Assembly (NCBI GenBank): GCA_964035545.1
Contig: OZ037767.1
Span: 13,501,801 to 13,565,800, forward strand
DNA length: 64,000 bases
From: Bugula neritina
Lineage: Eukaryota; Animalia; Bryozoa
Direction of reading: 5' to 3'
In this document: positions 1 through 34,916 of the stretch, piece after piece
Numbering within the stretch: position 1 is the stretch's first letter
How the letters are laid out: every line of letters starts with the position of its first letter
The notes under the pieces: model-generated
Told to the model about the DNA's origin: nothing
Database searches by the model: none
Seen by the model: the letters and a program-made list of their open reading frames with translations, nothing else
Made by a program: the position numbers and the translations under genes

Positions 1-1135
1 GCTTTGCTCAATTCACATTCTGACTAATATTTCATTGTTCAATAACCAAGACATTACAACACTGAGATTATGTTTCAGGTGTCAAATAGTAAAGCTACTA
101 GAGGATGCAGCTTTACCAGATCTTCTCCAACTGCCATCTGCCCAACAAGTGAGTTACCATTCAGTATCAGTCCTTTACCAAATATTGCTATAACAGATCA
201 AGGATAGACTTAATAAATATGTGTTGTTATCGATACACTATGACAATTGATGCACAAATTGAATGCTTTAAAATCTTAGTCTGATATATAGCAATTTTGT
301 TCTTGTTTAATATTTGATATATTCTTTCATAGTTTGTGCAGGTAATATAAGCTATTCAGTAAAATACACAAAACAGCTAATAACACCTTCATTCATTTTA
401 ACTTTAATGTAGATAAACCTGTATCAACAACCACACCCAGTACAACCACCACTCAAGGTAAGACTCTACACTACGTACCAAAGCTATATAATGTCAAATG
501 GATTTTATAGATTTGCTTGCACAGCATATAATAGACTGATACCAGCCTCATATAAAATTGTTTAGTAGGGTGTACCCATACTGCATTGGGAATAAAATCT
601 AAATTTAGATGCTACACAAGACACCTCATAATATTGTATTAAATCAAACCAGTTTTACCCTAATTTGTTCCTCACAACATTGTAGACTGGTCATGGTTGT
701 TCTAATCAGAACAGAGATTCAAAGACTGTAACGTTTTCCTCTTCCAAATAACTTTACATATACAGACCTAAATGTGTAGTCAAAGATCGTTTTCTCCTGG
801 TGCTATTTCCAGTTTAGATATTTATTACAGATTCTTTCAGTAGCAGTAAAATAGCTTTGGCTTGATATTTACTTTCCTTCTGATATCTCTTTGAGGATAC
901 ATGATAATATGTAAGTTTCCTTGCTTGTGTTTTTATATATTCAATATTTGTTCAATACAGTTTCCATCAAAAGTTTATGTAATTTTTATTGAAAATCTCT
1001 ATTTACAAATTTGTTATTGAAGGCAAATAAAAGTATATCAAGATATTTTCAAATCAGCTGACCTGTTTCTAACCTCATATGTAACCTACAAAAAGAAAAC
1101 AAGAACAGCAGAGAGAAAACAAATATATCAATAGT
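1..1135 (+). repeat. Tandem segmental duplication unit (other copy at ~9051-10190)
   Basis: 1-1135 aligns along its length with 9051-10190, introns and 3' UTR included, with scattered substitutions and small indels. Similarity stops after ...AGAGAGAAAAC(A/G)AATATATC. Confidence 0.95.
79..705 (+). CDS. 3' end (last 3 exons) of secreted vWA-domain protein, upstream tandem copy of the 5517-9756 gene
   Basis: Exons 79-148 (VSNSKATRGCSFTRSSPTAICPT), 413-457 (NKPVSTTTPSTTTQ) and 686-705 (DWSWLF*) have canonical AG/GT borders and compatible phases. They are near-identical to 9129-9201, 9466-9510 and 9737-9756. AATAAA at ~1027. Confidence 0.85.
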
Positions 1136-1699
1136 AAATAGTACTAGCTACATTACAATAGTTTTGTTGTCAGTTTAATCCTAAGAGATAATTACAATCT
1201 ATAGTATTTTTAAATGTAGCTACAATAACGTTATAGTGATCAAATTGAAAATATGATATTGTTTATGGATTTTGCATGCATTTAAAGTAAGTTTCAAATA
1301 ACATAGTATATAGCTATGTGTGCATTTAAACATAACAATCGTACAGTATTATTAATATATAGTATATAATACGAATTATACAGTACTATAAATATATGTA
1401 CTAATCAAATAGTGCTACCACTATATATACTAATCATACAATTGTATACTATTTGTCCAGTGCTATTACCATATACTAAGGACCTAGTATAAAGACTAAC
1501 TAATATATACTCTGCACAATAATGAATTCTACATCTGGAAAATTTTCTCTACCCTCTTCTCTTACTCATGAGAAGTTATGTTCTCCAATCAATTATTGCA
1601 CCCCACAAAACTATCACAATACTGTATGGAGACAATCTAGAAATAATATGATCGAATAGAGCTGGCAACTTCAAAAGACTGGCTTTAATTTATATTTCT

Positions 1700-3360
1700 A
1701 CTACACCAATTTATATACAGATTCACACATTTATTACTGGTACATGTTAATATTTCACAATAATTTTTTTTCTTTTCATATGCTATCGCTGTTATGTATT
1801 ATTAGTATGTAGTGATAATTATTATAATTACTATTTATAGCTATATAACTATTAAATGTTGAATGGAATGATTAGAAACCATATAAATTATTTTATTCAA
1901 AATGTGTTGAATTATATAAAATTTGTTGACTGTATATTTACATTAATATACAAAATGCTCACCAAAACATGCAACGATACACAAATATTGTGCAATACTA
2001 TTTTACATTCAATGATCATTCATGAGTAAAACTTAATGAGCATTAATATTTGGCTAACATTAAAGTAGCTTTGATATAATCCTTGTTGTTATCTTTGACA
2101 TCTCTACACCAAAATACATATATATCATATTATATATATCTTCATCTGCAGCTAGCAATTTGTTTATGTGTAAGTATACGAGAAAAATTTTGGTTTTATT
2201 ACTTTATTAAATAATTAAACAATTAAAATAATTTGCTAATATTTTGGGCACCATTGCGCCCATCTTCACAATAACAATGAATGAAAAAAATTTCATTTTT
2301 TAAAAGTTTGTATGCCAACAGCTAATAGCAATGGCTTCTAGTGACTGTCATTAAGAGGTCTTTGCTGCTTGCTTTCAAAAACAAAATCTTTTCTCATCAG
2401 TTTCTTTAGTTCCTGGTAGTATTCATTGCCAAGGTTAGCTACTGTGGTATATCACAGTTTGAAAGTATAACCTTCTTTTCTAACCTTGCATAAACTATAC
2501 ACACCACAGTAATACCAATTCTATATGATATTAACAATTTATAGAATATAAATTACTACTTAGTTTGACTACTGCAAGAGTTTTTGATACCTTAACACCT
2601 TGTATTTTTCTAGTCACATATAACTAAAATTCCAACAGTATATAGTATATAGTGTCCACTACCTGTATATAATAAGTACATAGAAGGCTTTTATAGTACA
2701 ATGTATATATGGCCTTAAATTTTTACCACACCTATTTATATATAGATTCACACAGTTATTGCTGGTACATATAGTAATTATTCACAATAATTGTTATTCT
2801 TTCTATTCATGCTATATATCATTGTACTGTATTATTAGTATGTAGTGATAACCATTATAATGTACTAATTATACAGTACTATATATATAACTATTGTATG
2901 TTGAATGAAATAATTAGAAATTATATAAACTATTTTTTAAAATGTGTTCAATTATAATAATAATTATACAGGATATTCACCAAAACATGCAATAATACAC
3001 AAATGTTTAGCAATACTAGTGTACATTCAATGATCATTCATGCGAGAAACATAATACACATTAATGTTACTCAATAATGAATAATCATTGAGAAATAGGT
3101 AAATGTTTGTTATGTCATTTTCAGAAATCCGTTTCCTTAAAGAACTTTATAGTTTGTTATCCTAATTGTTAAACAAATTCGGTTCTAACCTTGCATAAAC
3201 TATACACACCACAGTGATACCAATACTATATATGATATTAACAATTTATAGAATATCTACTACTGAGCTTGACTACAGCAAGAGCTTTACATACCTTCAC
3301 ACCCCGTATGTTTCTAGTCACAAGTAGCTAAAGTTGCAACAGTATATAGAGCGTGTGGTG
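1700..3360 (+). repeat. Older local intergenic duplication (1700-2060 ~ 2727-3065; 2479-2650 ~ 3183-3350)
   Basis: Shared blocks such as ATTCACACA..TATTAGTATGTAGTGATAA..CACCAAAACATGCAA..TACATTCAATGATCATTCATG and TCTAACCTTGCATAAACTATACACACCACAGT. Confidence 0.85.
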
Positions 3361-3429
3361 TTTACTATATATGCATAGTATACATAATTATAGGCTGTAG
3401 TGTGTGTACATAGTCTTTAGTCTTTAGCA

Positions 3430-3760
3430 TATATTTTATAGTATATAATATTATATAGTAGGTAGTATACTGCATACAGCATGCAGCATATAGCACACAG
3501 TATACAGCATGATTTTATATTGTATATAGTATATAGTATAGTATATTATGTATAGCGTATATAATATATTATATATAGTATATAAAATATAGCATAGTAT
3601 ATATAGTATATATATAGCCTATGGTATATACGGTATATATAGTAAGTAGTATATAGTATATAGTATAGTATATATAGTACCTATAGTATATAGAGTATAT
3701 AGAATAGCATTGTATAGTATAGTATATATAGCATAGTATATAGTATAATATAGTATATAT
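3430..3760. repeat. Degenerate (TATAG)n low-complexity satellite
   Basis: Runs of TATAG/TATATAG; similar sequence continues at 3980-4300. Confidence 0.85.
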
Positions 3761-3763
3761 AAT

Positions 3764-3970
3764 AGCTGTGGTATATCGAGGTAGGAGCATTTGCCTAGTT
3801 TTAAGCATGAAATCATGTGTTCGAGCAGACAAAGGTCATTGGTGATGTTAGGAAGAGCATCCAGTCATAATTGCCCCTGTGCCCCAATTAAATAAGTCCT
3901 TAGCCCAACAAAAACCCTTTCCATCAGGGGTTTTCTCACAGGGATAGTGACTATAAACTCACGTGAGTTT
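3764..3970 (+). mobile_element. tRNA-derived SINE copy 1
   Basis: tRNA-like head (GTGGTATATCGAGG ... TGTTCGAGC), central GGTCATTGGTGATGTTAGGAAGAGCATCCAGTCATAATTGC and 3' GGGATAGTGACTATAAACTCACGTGAGTTT, all shared with five other copies in the window. Confidence 0.85.
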
Positions 3971-4041
3971 ATATATAAAATGTATAGTATAGTATAATAT
4001 TATAGTATAATATACAATATATTATACTATCTACTGTAATG

Positions 4042-4153
<112 letters not shown>

Positions 4154-5035
4154 CATATAGTACATTATAGTAGATAGTATAATAATTATATTGTATATAG
4201 CATAGTATAGTATAATATTATAGTAGCCTATATAATATAGGACATTACAGTAGATAGTATAATATATTGTATATAGCATAGTATAGTATATATTATAGAA
4301 AATGTTTAGTAAACGATAGCACAATCTGTGACAGTAACATTTATTTTTAAAAAATATCCTATAATATTCTACACAAATATAATTTACAGAAATACAACCG
4401 TTAATCAATTATTCAACCTTGAAATATTGTTGCATTTAAATTTAGTTTCTTCAATTTTCTTATTGATAGTTAAAAGTTCATTGTAAAATAATGCACTTTA
4501 TTAATATAATTTATGTTTATCAGGTAAACGAAAATGCCTCAGAAAATGTTAACATTGCTTATGCTGATTTTCTAACTAAATATAAAGAATTCTTTCAAAG
4601 TCTTTGCTATTGCAATTGCAGTAGATTGAAAACTTATCAAGCCAAATAAAATCTAAAAAATGAAAGCAAAAAACTAAAAAACTTAAGCTGTAGAAATAGT
4701 TTTCACAACTGCACCTAAGTCTTGGAGCTCTTATTACATGGTTTAGTAATCTAGCCATTACTGTTGGTTTGTGGTCAGTAGGCATTATTTTGGCCATAAA
4801 AAACCAGTTTTTAATTGCAGCTGAATTATTAATCCATAAATTATATGTTTAATTTAATGTTTCTTCTACAGGGCATACCTGTTATAACACATTGCACAAG
4901 AGCACCCACTCATGCAGTGTTTCAGTAAACATATTGTTTTTAACCTTACAAAATTGCACCCTTCACTAACTATATTTGGTCTCCGCCTTGTCTTTCCTTT
5001 TCGATTTAATCACCCAGTTCCTTTTTCTTTCTAGT

Positions 5036-5152
5036 TGCTGATTGGCTGATTACAAGTACGTAAGCTCTTGGTTACTGGTGAGAATATCAAATCAGTTGAA
5101 GTGAACTGAAGAACAATATTCTGATAAAAGTTTCAACATATCATTCTAACAT
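5036..5152 (+). promoter_or_regulatory. Putative promoter / non-coding first exon of the vWA gene
   Basis: Inverted CCAAT box (CTGATTGGCTG ~5038-5048) followed by a strong donor AT|GTGAGT at 5153. The first coding exon is preceded by an acceptor TTTAG ending at 5515, which implies an upstream UTR exon. Confidence 0.45.
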
Positions 5153-5516
5153 GTGAGTATACTTCTACTTGTCTTTATATCTTGTTAATATAATAGTATA
5201 TAATGTGACTTATTGTTATAGTTTATATGTAACTGAGTTAAGAGTGAACATGTTTAATTGTTATATTCTGTTTCAAAACTGTTCAAATCTTTACTTTAAT
5301 GTTATCTAATTTTCGGTTTAGTGGAAAATATTATTCAATAAAGTCTACCTATACAAATAATTGTTTTTATAACTTATATTTAGTTCATTTTGAAATTATA
5401 CATAGCTATTTATGATTTTACACAGATTTTAGCAATTTAAGTTTGTATGTGAATTACTATTATGTTGCCATGCAATTTAAAACATAAGGCAATATAAATG
5501 TTATTTTTATTTTAGA

Positions 5517-8500
5517 ATGGGAATGGATACAAAAGCAATGGGCTTAGTAGTTGTTTGTGCTGTTCTATTGGTATTTCTACTTTCACCAGTGAGATGTGGT
5601 GTTTCACTTGGGTTCATAATAGATGATACTGGAGCCATGAGAGATGTTATTGAGAATGCAAGTTGTTTTATTAATTAATTACAAGAAATATTAGTATAAT
5701 ATAACATTGACTAAATTATTGATTTCAAAGCATTGCATTAATGCAGAGTGTCATTCTAATAAATAGACTAAACTGAAGAATGAGTTTGCAGATTTCACAT
5801 TGTTGTTATTTAATTATTTATGACTTACCATATCCACAGGAAGGATAACTTAATGTTAAATACTTTTATCTTTAGGTGAAAAGTCGGTTGTTAGAACTGT
5901 TTGACGCAGCAACTGTAGGATCTACATATGATCATTATGTTATCTCTCTGTTTAATGATCCAAGTAAGTTTTACAGTTGTTTATATTTCTCTATATACCA
6001 TATTTATATTCATCTATATCTACTATTGGTTTTATTATACTGTATTATGTGTTGTGTTTTGTACAGTAGTGTGTACTATAGCGTGTACTATAGTGCCTAC
6101 TGTACTGTGTAGTGTGCTGTGTACTGTGTACTGCAGTATGTACTGTAGTGCTTACTAGCTGTAGTGTATAACATAGTATGTACTACATTGCGTACTGTAG
6201 TGTGTACTCTAGTGTATACTATATATTGTGTATGATAGTGCGTATTGTACTGTGTAATCTATGTACTATATTGTGTATTGTAGTGTGTACTATACTGCAT
6301 CCTGTAGTGTTTACTGTAGTGTATACTATAGTGTGTTATATAATGTGTACTGTATGTTTCAGCTACTGGACCAGTGTTTGCAACAGAAGATGCTAATGCT
6401 GCAAAAAAATTTATACGAAACATAAGAGTGAGGGTAGGTAGACTAAGTTTTTAAACTCTCAAAGAATTTTGCATGCAGTTATTACAGCACAGCAGAGTTA
6501 TGTTATTTCCTATTCTTCATAATTTGCTGTCTTAGCTCTGAATTTATACACAGCAACTGTTCTGTTGCAACTTATAGGTTTTAGTTTGGAACTCAAAGTT
6601 TTTTGTTGTGTGCATGTAATCCAATATCTTAGCTATCACTTGAAATACTCACCCCTAAAAAACCTGACTTTAAAAAAAGTTGAAACTAGATTGAAATCAT
6701 CTCTATACTCTGGATTTAAATTTTTACAGCAGAAACTACAGTTGAATATTATATATCAATTGAATTTAGATAAGTTCCAGTTTGAGTGAAAACGGAAAAT
6801 TGAACTTTTTGACAACAAAAATTGTTATATTCTCATGTTGAGATCTACAAACAAAAATGATATAATTACAGGGAGGAGGAGATTGTCCTGAATTGGCAGT
6901 TACTGGTATCATAGCTGGTATAGAAGCATCCAAACCAAAGTCTCATCTCTATTTCTTCTCAGATGCGTCTGCCAAAGATGGACCAACTCTTGGACCTACA
7001 GCTACACGTCTGGCCTTGTCTACTGGTTGTCGGGTAAATACACTTTAAATAACCTCAAAATACTCTTTTGAGATCTTTAGGTTAGGTTCGCTGTAGCACC
7101 ATTATAATTTAAGTTTGCTTGTGGCTTCCAATTAATTATGATGTACTCAATATACAAATTTCCTGAATGTTGAGTGTAGGTGTTTCCTATACTCACCGGT
7201 ACGTGTGGAACTATTAGAAAAAGACGCTCAGTTGGACAATTCGCCAGCAGTGGACAAAACAGTGGGTTCAGACTTCGGCGTGCCACAAGCAGTGATCATG
7301 TGTGTGTCACCGGGGATATTTATGACAAGTTGGCTTGTGTGACCGGAGGAGAAGTTTACCGAATCAACAGAAGTAAAGTAGCAGCAGTGAGTTGACAAAA
7401 AAATAGTTGTTAATACCGCAGAAAGTCGAGGTGATTGTTGATACTGATATTGATATATTCAGTTTACTAATTTTTATCTAAGAGACAAATAATCACATCT
7501 GGAAAGCATACAAGTTGAAGCTTCTACACCTGTCATGTTGTATTGTAATACAGATAGTTAACATTATAATTGAGAGAGCTGCTGCTAATATCACTGAAGA
7601 AGGTACTAAAGATCTGGTTCTTGAATCAATCTACAATCCTGTGGCTGCAGAGACCAATCTCCACCCTTTTTGTGTTGATCCTTCTGTACATAATGTAGTA
7701 GTCTCTGTAATTGGACCATCTGCAGTACTGACTCTACATGATTCTACTGGTAAGCTGAAACATTGTCTTTCCTATATATGTATATTATTATGATATTTGA
7801 CACTTTTTGAGATCTTAGGTGGAGACAAAGTAGCTTAATTTAAACCACTCAATACTATGTGTAGCTCTTGTTTTTTGCACGTAAGTTTATACAGTAACTT
7901 TTCCTGTGAGAAACCTCTGATGGAAAGGTTTTTTGAAATGCCAATTATGACTTTTTAAAATAGCCAATGGTCTTTACTGAAGTTCTAGCCCATGACTTCA
8001 TGTTTACTAAGCCAAATTCTTTAACCTCTATACCACACTGCTCTTAATTATTGTCTTTCTACTGGTTTGTTAAAGGTTCACCACTGCCAGCATCTGCATA
8101 CATAGACGTTGTTGATATCGGAAGTGTTAAAGTTAAGAAGATTGTAAGTCCTACAGCTGGAACTTACTCTGTCTCTTTCTCATCATCTGCTGATCATAGG
8201 TTGAAAGTATCAGGTAATGGAACTGAATTGTGCAGCAAAAGTTTCAAAGATAATAATCAAAATTGAAGTTATGAACCTTCTTTAATTGCTTTAGAAGACT
8301 CATCATCGCCATCGCCACCGCCATAACCATCACCATCATCATTATCATACTGAATAGTGAATATATTGAATATAATTTAGAAGACTATAAACATCAAAGC
8401 TATACTTTGGTCATCCATTGCGGTTTCAATGTAACACTGACACTATTGTTATTGCACAATTTTACATCCTTCAACGTGCTTTTCTTTTAAATTATCAGCT

Positions 8501-9756
8501 CAAGCTACTCTTGGTATTACAACGTTTTTTTACAAGGGGGTATAATTAAAAATGCTCCTTCTACTGACATTGTTGCTATTGCACAATGCTACATCTTTAA
8601 CAGTTTCATTAACAGGTTTTTTTTTTAAATTTTTAGTCAGAAGTACTCTTGGAATTACACCATCCTTTTTACAAGGAGGTATAATTGAAAAGACTCCATC
8701 CACTGGTAAGTCTACCGTATCTTCTAGCTACAGTATATACAAATATATGATAAATTCTACCTACCATTTAATGTACTTTCTTTGCTGCTTTCTCACAATC
8801 ATGTCTGTTAATTTTACAGAAGCAAAGGCTATTGTCTATGTTGAGGTATCAGAATCTTCAGCTGCTGCAGTTTTCAACACTCTGGATATGGAGGGATTAG
8901 ATGGTACAGTGTTTGACACAATTTCTCTGGAGAGAGTCAACAGCACTCACCTGGTCTCCAGCTCTGCTGTATCAATACCAGATGATTGCTTCTACATCAA
9001 GGTGAGTCATTTCGAGATAATAGTTTATTGTCTTCTGAGTCAATAGTGAAGCTTTGCTCAATTCACATTCAGACTAATATTCCATTGTTCAATAACCAAA
9101 ACATTACAACACTGAGATTATGTTTCAGGTGTCAAATAGTGGAGCTACTAGAGGATATTGCAGCTTCACCAGATCTTCTCCAACAGCCATCTGCCCAACA
9201 AGTGAGTTACCATTCAGTACCAGCCCTTTACCAAATATTCCTATAACAGATCAAGGATAGACTTGATAAATATGTTTTGTTATGGATACACTATGACAAT
9301 TGATGCGCAAATTGAATGCTTTAAAATCTCAATCTGATATATAGCAATTTTGTTCTTGTTTAATATTTGATTTATTCTTTCATAGTTTGTTCAAGTAATG
9401 TAAGCTATTCAGTAGAATACACAAAACAGCTAATAACACTTTCATTCATTTTAACTCTACTGTAGATAAACCTGTATCAACAACCACACCCAGTACAACT
9501 ACCACTCAAGGTAAGACTCTACACTATTTACTATATAATGTCAAATTAATTTTATAGATTTGCTTGCACTGCATATAATAGACTAATACTAGCCCCATAT
9601 ACAACTGTTTAGTAGGGTGTATCCATACTGCATTGGGGATAAAATCTAAATTTAGATGCTACACAAAACACCTCATAATATTGTATTAATTAAATCAAAC
9701 CATTTTTACCCTAATTTGTTCCTTACAACATTGTAGACTGGTCATGGTTGTTCTAA
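5517..9756 (+). CDS. Secreted von Willebrand factor A domain protein, hemicentin-N/VWA7 type (463 aa, 12 coding exons)
   Basis: Exons 5517-5657, 5876-5963, 6363-6433, 6872-7033, 7180-7386, 7554-7749, 8076-8213, 8637-8705, 8820-9001, 9129-9201, 9466-9510 and 9737-9756 join to a 1392-nt open frame. Signal peptide MGMDTKAMGLVVVCAVLLVFLLSPVRC. Family motifs: SLGFIIDDTGAM, FNDP, GGGDCPELAVTGI, YFFSDASAKD, YDKLACVTGGEVY, F.VD.SV..V.VSV.G. Confidence 0.9.
6040..6350. repeat. Degenerate (TGTAG/TGTAC) intronic low-complexity repeat
   Basis: Repeated TAGTGTGTAC-like units; these account for the spurious ORFs here. Confidence 0.8.
7875..8043 (-). mobile_element. tRNA-derived SINE copy 2 (internally deleted)
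   Basis: Reverse complement of the SINE: CCTGTGAGAAACCTCTGATGGAAAGG ... CCAATGGTCTTT ... CCCATGACTTCATGTTTACTAAGCCAAA ... CCTCTATACCACACTGCTC. Confidence 0.75.
8499..8566 (+). pseudogene. Decayed duplicate (pseudo-exon) of exon 8637-8705
   Basis: Keeps an AG acceptor and reads AQATLGITT..QGGIIKNAPST versus VRSTLGITPSFLQGGIIEKTPST, but has a 1-nt deletion in a T run and ACTG|AC in place of the ACTG|GT donor. Confidence 0.8.
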
Positions 9757-10615
9757 TCAGAACAGAGATTCTGAGACTGTAAGAGTTTTCCTCTTCCAAA
9801 TAACTTTACATATACAGACCTAAATGTGTAGTCAAAGATCATTTTCTCCTGTTGCTATTTCCAGTGTAGATAATTATTACAGATTGTTTCAGCAGCAGTA
9901 AAATAGCTTTGGCTTGATATTTACTTTCCTTTTGATATCTCTTTAAGGATACATGCTAATATGTAAGTTTCCTTGCTTGTGATTTTATATATTCAATATT
10001 CGTTCAATACAGTTTCCATCAAAAGTTTATGTAATTTTTATGAAGACTCTCAATTTACAAAGTTGTTATTGAAGGCAAATAAAAGTATATCAAAATAATT
10101 TCAAATCAGCTGACTTGTTTCTAACCTCATATGTAACCTACAAAAAGAAAACAAGAACAGCAGAGAGAAAACGAATATATCGATGAAATTATCAATGATA
10201 ATTTATAATCAATAATAATTGGTAATAAATAATATTTTACAATACTTACTAGCTAGTGCAACTTTAATCTCAAAAGAATAGTGTATGGGTCAGTTTAAAT
10301 TGTTTAGCATACATCAGCAAATTCTGACCAAAAACTAAAGTTTGCTCTAAATTCATTAAAATTTACTATAATATACATATTCACACATTCAATGCATAAT
10401 AGTTATTTATATTAATTGTTATTTTCTTCTCATTACTAATGAAATTAATACACCAATATGTAGTTTTGTTAAAATTCAACACTGCTTTAAGATAAGAGAG
10501 TATATTTTTCTTTTTACCCAATTCTATTGTTGGCAGAATGAAAGATACTCATTGTTGTTCGCATGTTTCATCAGACTGGCAGTTGAGTCTAATGAAGCCT
10601 TAACACAATACAAAC

Positions 10616-32724
<22,109 letters not shown>

Positions 32725-33473
32725 TTATGTTTATTGCATTGTAATTTATTTATTTACTTTAGGATGTAAATAGATTTTATTTTTCATTCATACAAAACCT
32801 TCATTTGAATCAAAAATAAAAGTTTTCTCGAAATATAAATTATCAAACAGGATTGTGAATTTTAAATAACAAAACATGAATGTGCGAAGCAAATCAGTAA
32901 ATAACATAAAATACTCAAATTGTCTAAATAAACTTGTCTATCTGTGTGATTGTGTGTGTAGGTGTTTCTTCAGTAAACAAATGTATTTTAATTTATAATA
33001 ATAACATACTTTATTCTAGCTCAGAAAAGACTATATAAGGTTCAGCAATTAGATTTATTCTAACAAATATATATAACTGTGTCAGTGTGTTGTAGCTGTG
33101 AGAATTGCTACTACTGGTGGGTATTATTGTATGTGATTGATTACTGCATCGTTAGTGAGGTTATTGATTAGGTGCAATATAATTATATTAGTCAAATAAG
33201 ATACAAAGCAAAAGTAGATTACATCAGTCGATAAAAGAATAACAATAGTCAGAGCGATTATACATAGGGCAGTGGATCCCAACCTGGGGGCAATTCCCCC
33301 TTAGGGGAGAATTTTGACATTTTAGGGGAGGGAATTTAGATTTTGAAAAATTTACACACTTTGTTGACGGTTTTTGAACTCTTGCAAGTTACATGTATAT
33401 GCATATCTATAAACCTTCATTTTAGTTCATTTATTTAACCAAACCATACTCTGCAACCATACTCAATTTTATA

Positions 33474-33970
33474 ACTATAAAAGAATATGTCAACAGGGTA
33501 TCAACACATATAGCTATAAGAGAATAAGTCAACAGGGTATAAACACATATAGCTATAAGAGAATAAGTCAACAGGGTATCAACACATATAGCTATAAGAG
33601 AATAAGTCAACAGGGTATCAACACATATAGCTATAAGAGAATAAGTCAACAGGGTATCAACACATATAGCTATAAGAGAATAAGTCAACAGGGTATCAAC
33701 ACATATAGCTATAAGAGAATAAGTCAACAGGGTATCAACACATATAGCTATAAGAGAATAAGTCAACATGGTATCAACACATATAGCTATAAGAGAATAA
33801 GTCAACAGGGTATCAACACATATAGCTATAAGAGAATAAGTCAACAGGGTATCAACACATATAGCTATAAGAGAATATGTCAACAGGGTATCAACACATA
33901 TAGCTATAAGGGAATATGTCAACAGGGTATCAACACATATAGCTATAAGAGAATATGTTAACAGGGTATC
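33474..33970. repeat. 39-bp minisatellite GTCAACAGGGTATCAACACATATAGCTATAAGAGAATAA
   Basis: ~12-13 near-identical units inside the hAT remnant. Confidence 0.97.
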
Positions 33971-34285
33971 TCTGTTTTTATTAATTACTTTACCTTAACT
34001 GTTCTCTGTGCTACTTCGAATGAAGGTCAAAAAGATGCAAAAACCAACAGAAAACTTTTAGCAGCCATGCAAGTCAATTTCTATGAACTGTATACGACAT
34101 ACCTAATGAATATATTTACTACACTAAATAATCTGAACCTAAAAATGCAGGAGTGCAATCATCATATTATTGCTTTTCATATAGCAGCAGCAATTTTTTT
34201 AAAGTTACACTAAAGTGGTGGCATCTATTAAAAAATGGTGTTTTACTCAATGAACTTTTACAGGAGAAGAACCTGTTCCGATTTT

Positions 34286-34452
34286 AGGTAAAAATGGCAC
34301 AGGTAAAAATGCACACTGGTGTTAAATTTTCCCAAACCCAAACCTCCAAACCCTCCCATCCTGAACGCTTAACCCTTAACTCAAATCTACAATGCTAATA
34401 TTGAAAATATGCCATTTTTACTTAATTTTCCATTTGTGCCATTGTTATCTGC
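34286..34452 (-). mobile_element. Short inverted-repeat element nested in the hAT (same family as 34632-34916)
   Basis: AGGTAAAAATGGCACAGGTAAAAATG ... TTTCCATTTGTGCCATTGTTATCTG with a C-rich core. Confidence 0.6.
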
Positions 34453-34631
34453 CATCTACCTCCGACAAAGAAAGAGCTAAATTCTCAACTTGACGTGTAA
34501 CCCATTGCAACGGTTTATTAACAAGTTTTCAGAAGAGTTGCAGAAGGATTTTATTGAGTTGGTTCACAATTCAGCAATGAAGGGTGATAGGAAATTTTTT
34601 CCAGTTGATGTATTGTTGGTTAGTGTCCAGT

Positions 34632-34916
34632 AGAAATGGTACAGGTAATAATGGCACAAATGGAAAAGTAGGAAAAAATGGCACATGTTTTCAATTTTGG
34701 GGTGGAGGTTTGGAGTGTGAAAGAAGGTTTTAAGGTGAGGATTTTGGGTTTGTACTTGGGATTCTGGAGTTTGGGGTGGGTGTTCAAGGGTTGGGGGTAT
34801 AGGGTGGAGGATTTGGGGTTTGAGTTGAGAAAAATTTAACAGTGAGCCATTTCTACCTAATTTTTTATTTGTGCCATTATTACCTGTACCATTTTTACAT
34901 GCACCAGTTTTACCTA
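34632..34916 (+). mobile_element. MITE-like element nested in the hAT transposase
   Basis: AAATGGTACAGGTAATAATGGCACAAAT ... ATTTGTGCCATTATTACCTGTACCATTT inverted termini around a G-rich core; it interrupts the transposase-like frame. Confidence 0.7.

Noticed and set aside
10538-10603. Alternative start for the propeller-EGF gene at ATG 10538
   Set aside because: That frame stops after 21 codons, whereas ATG 10616 gives a clean signal peptide in phase with the next exon. At most a uORF.
33431-33922. 163-aa repetitive ORF / CRISPR-like regular array
   Set aside because: A pure 39-bp tandem repeat with no unique spacers, in a eukaryotic context with no cas genes; the ORF exists only because the unit is a stop-free multiple of 3.
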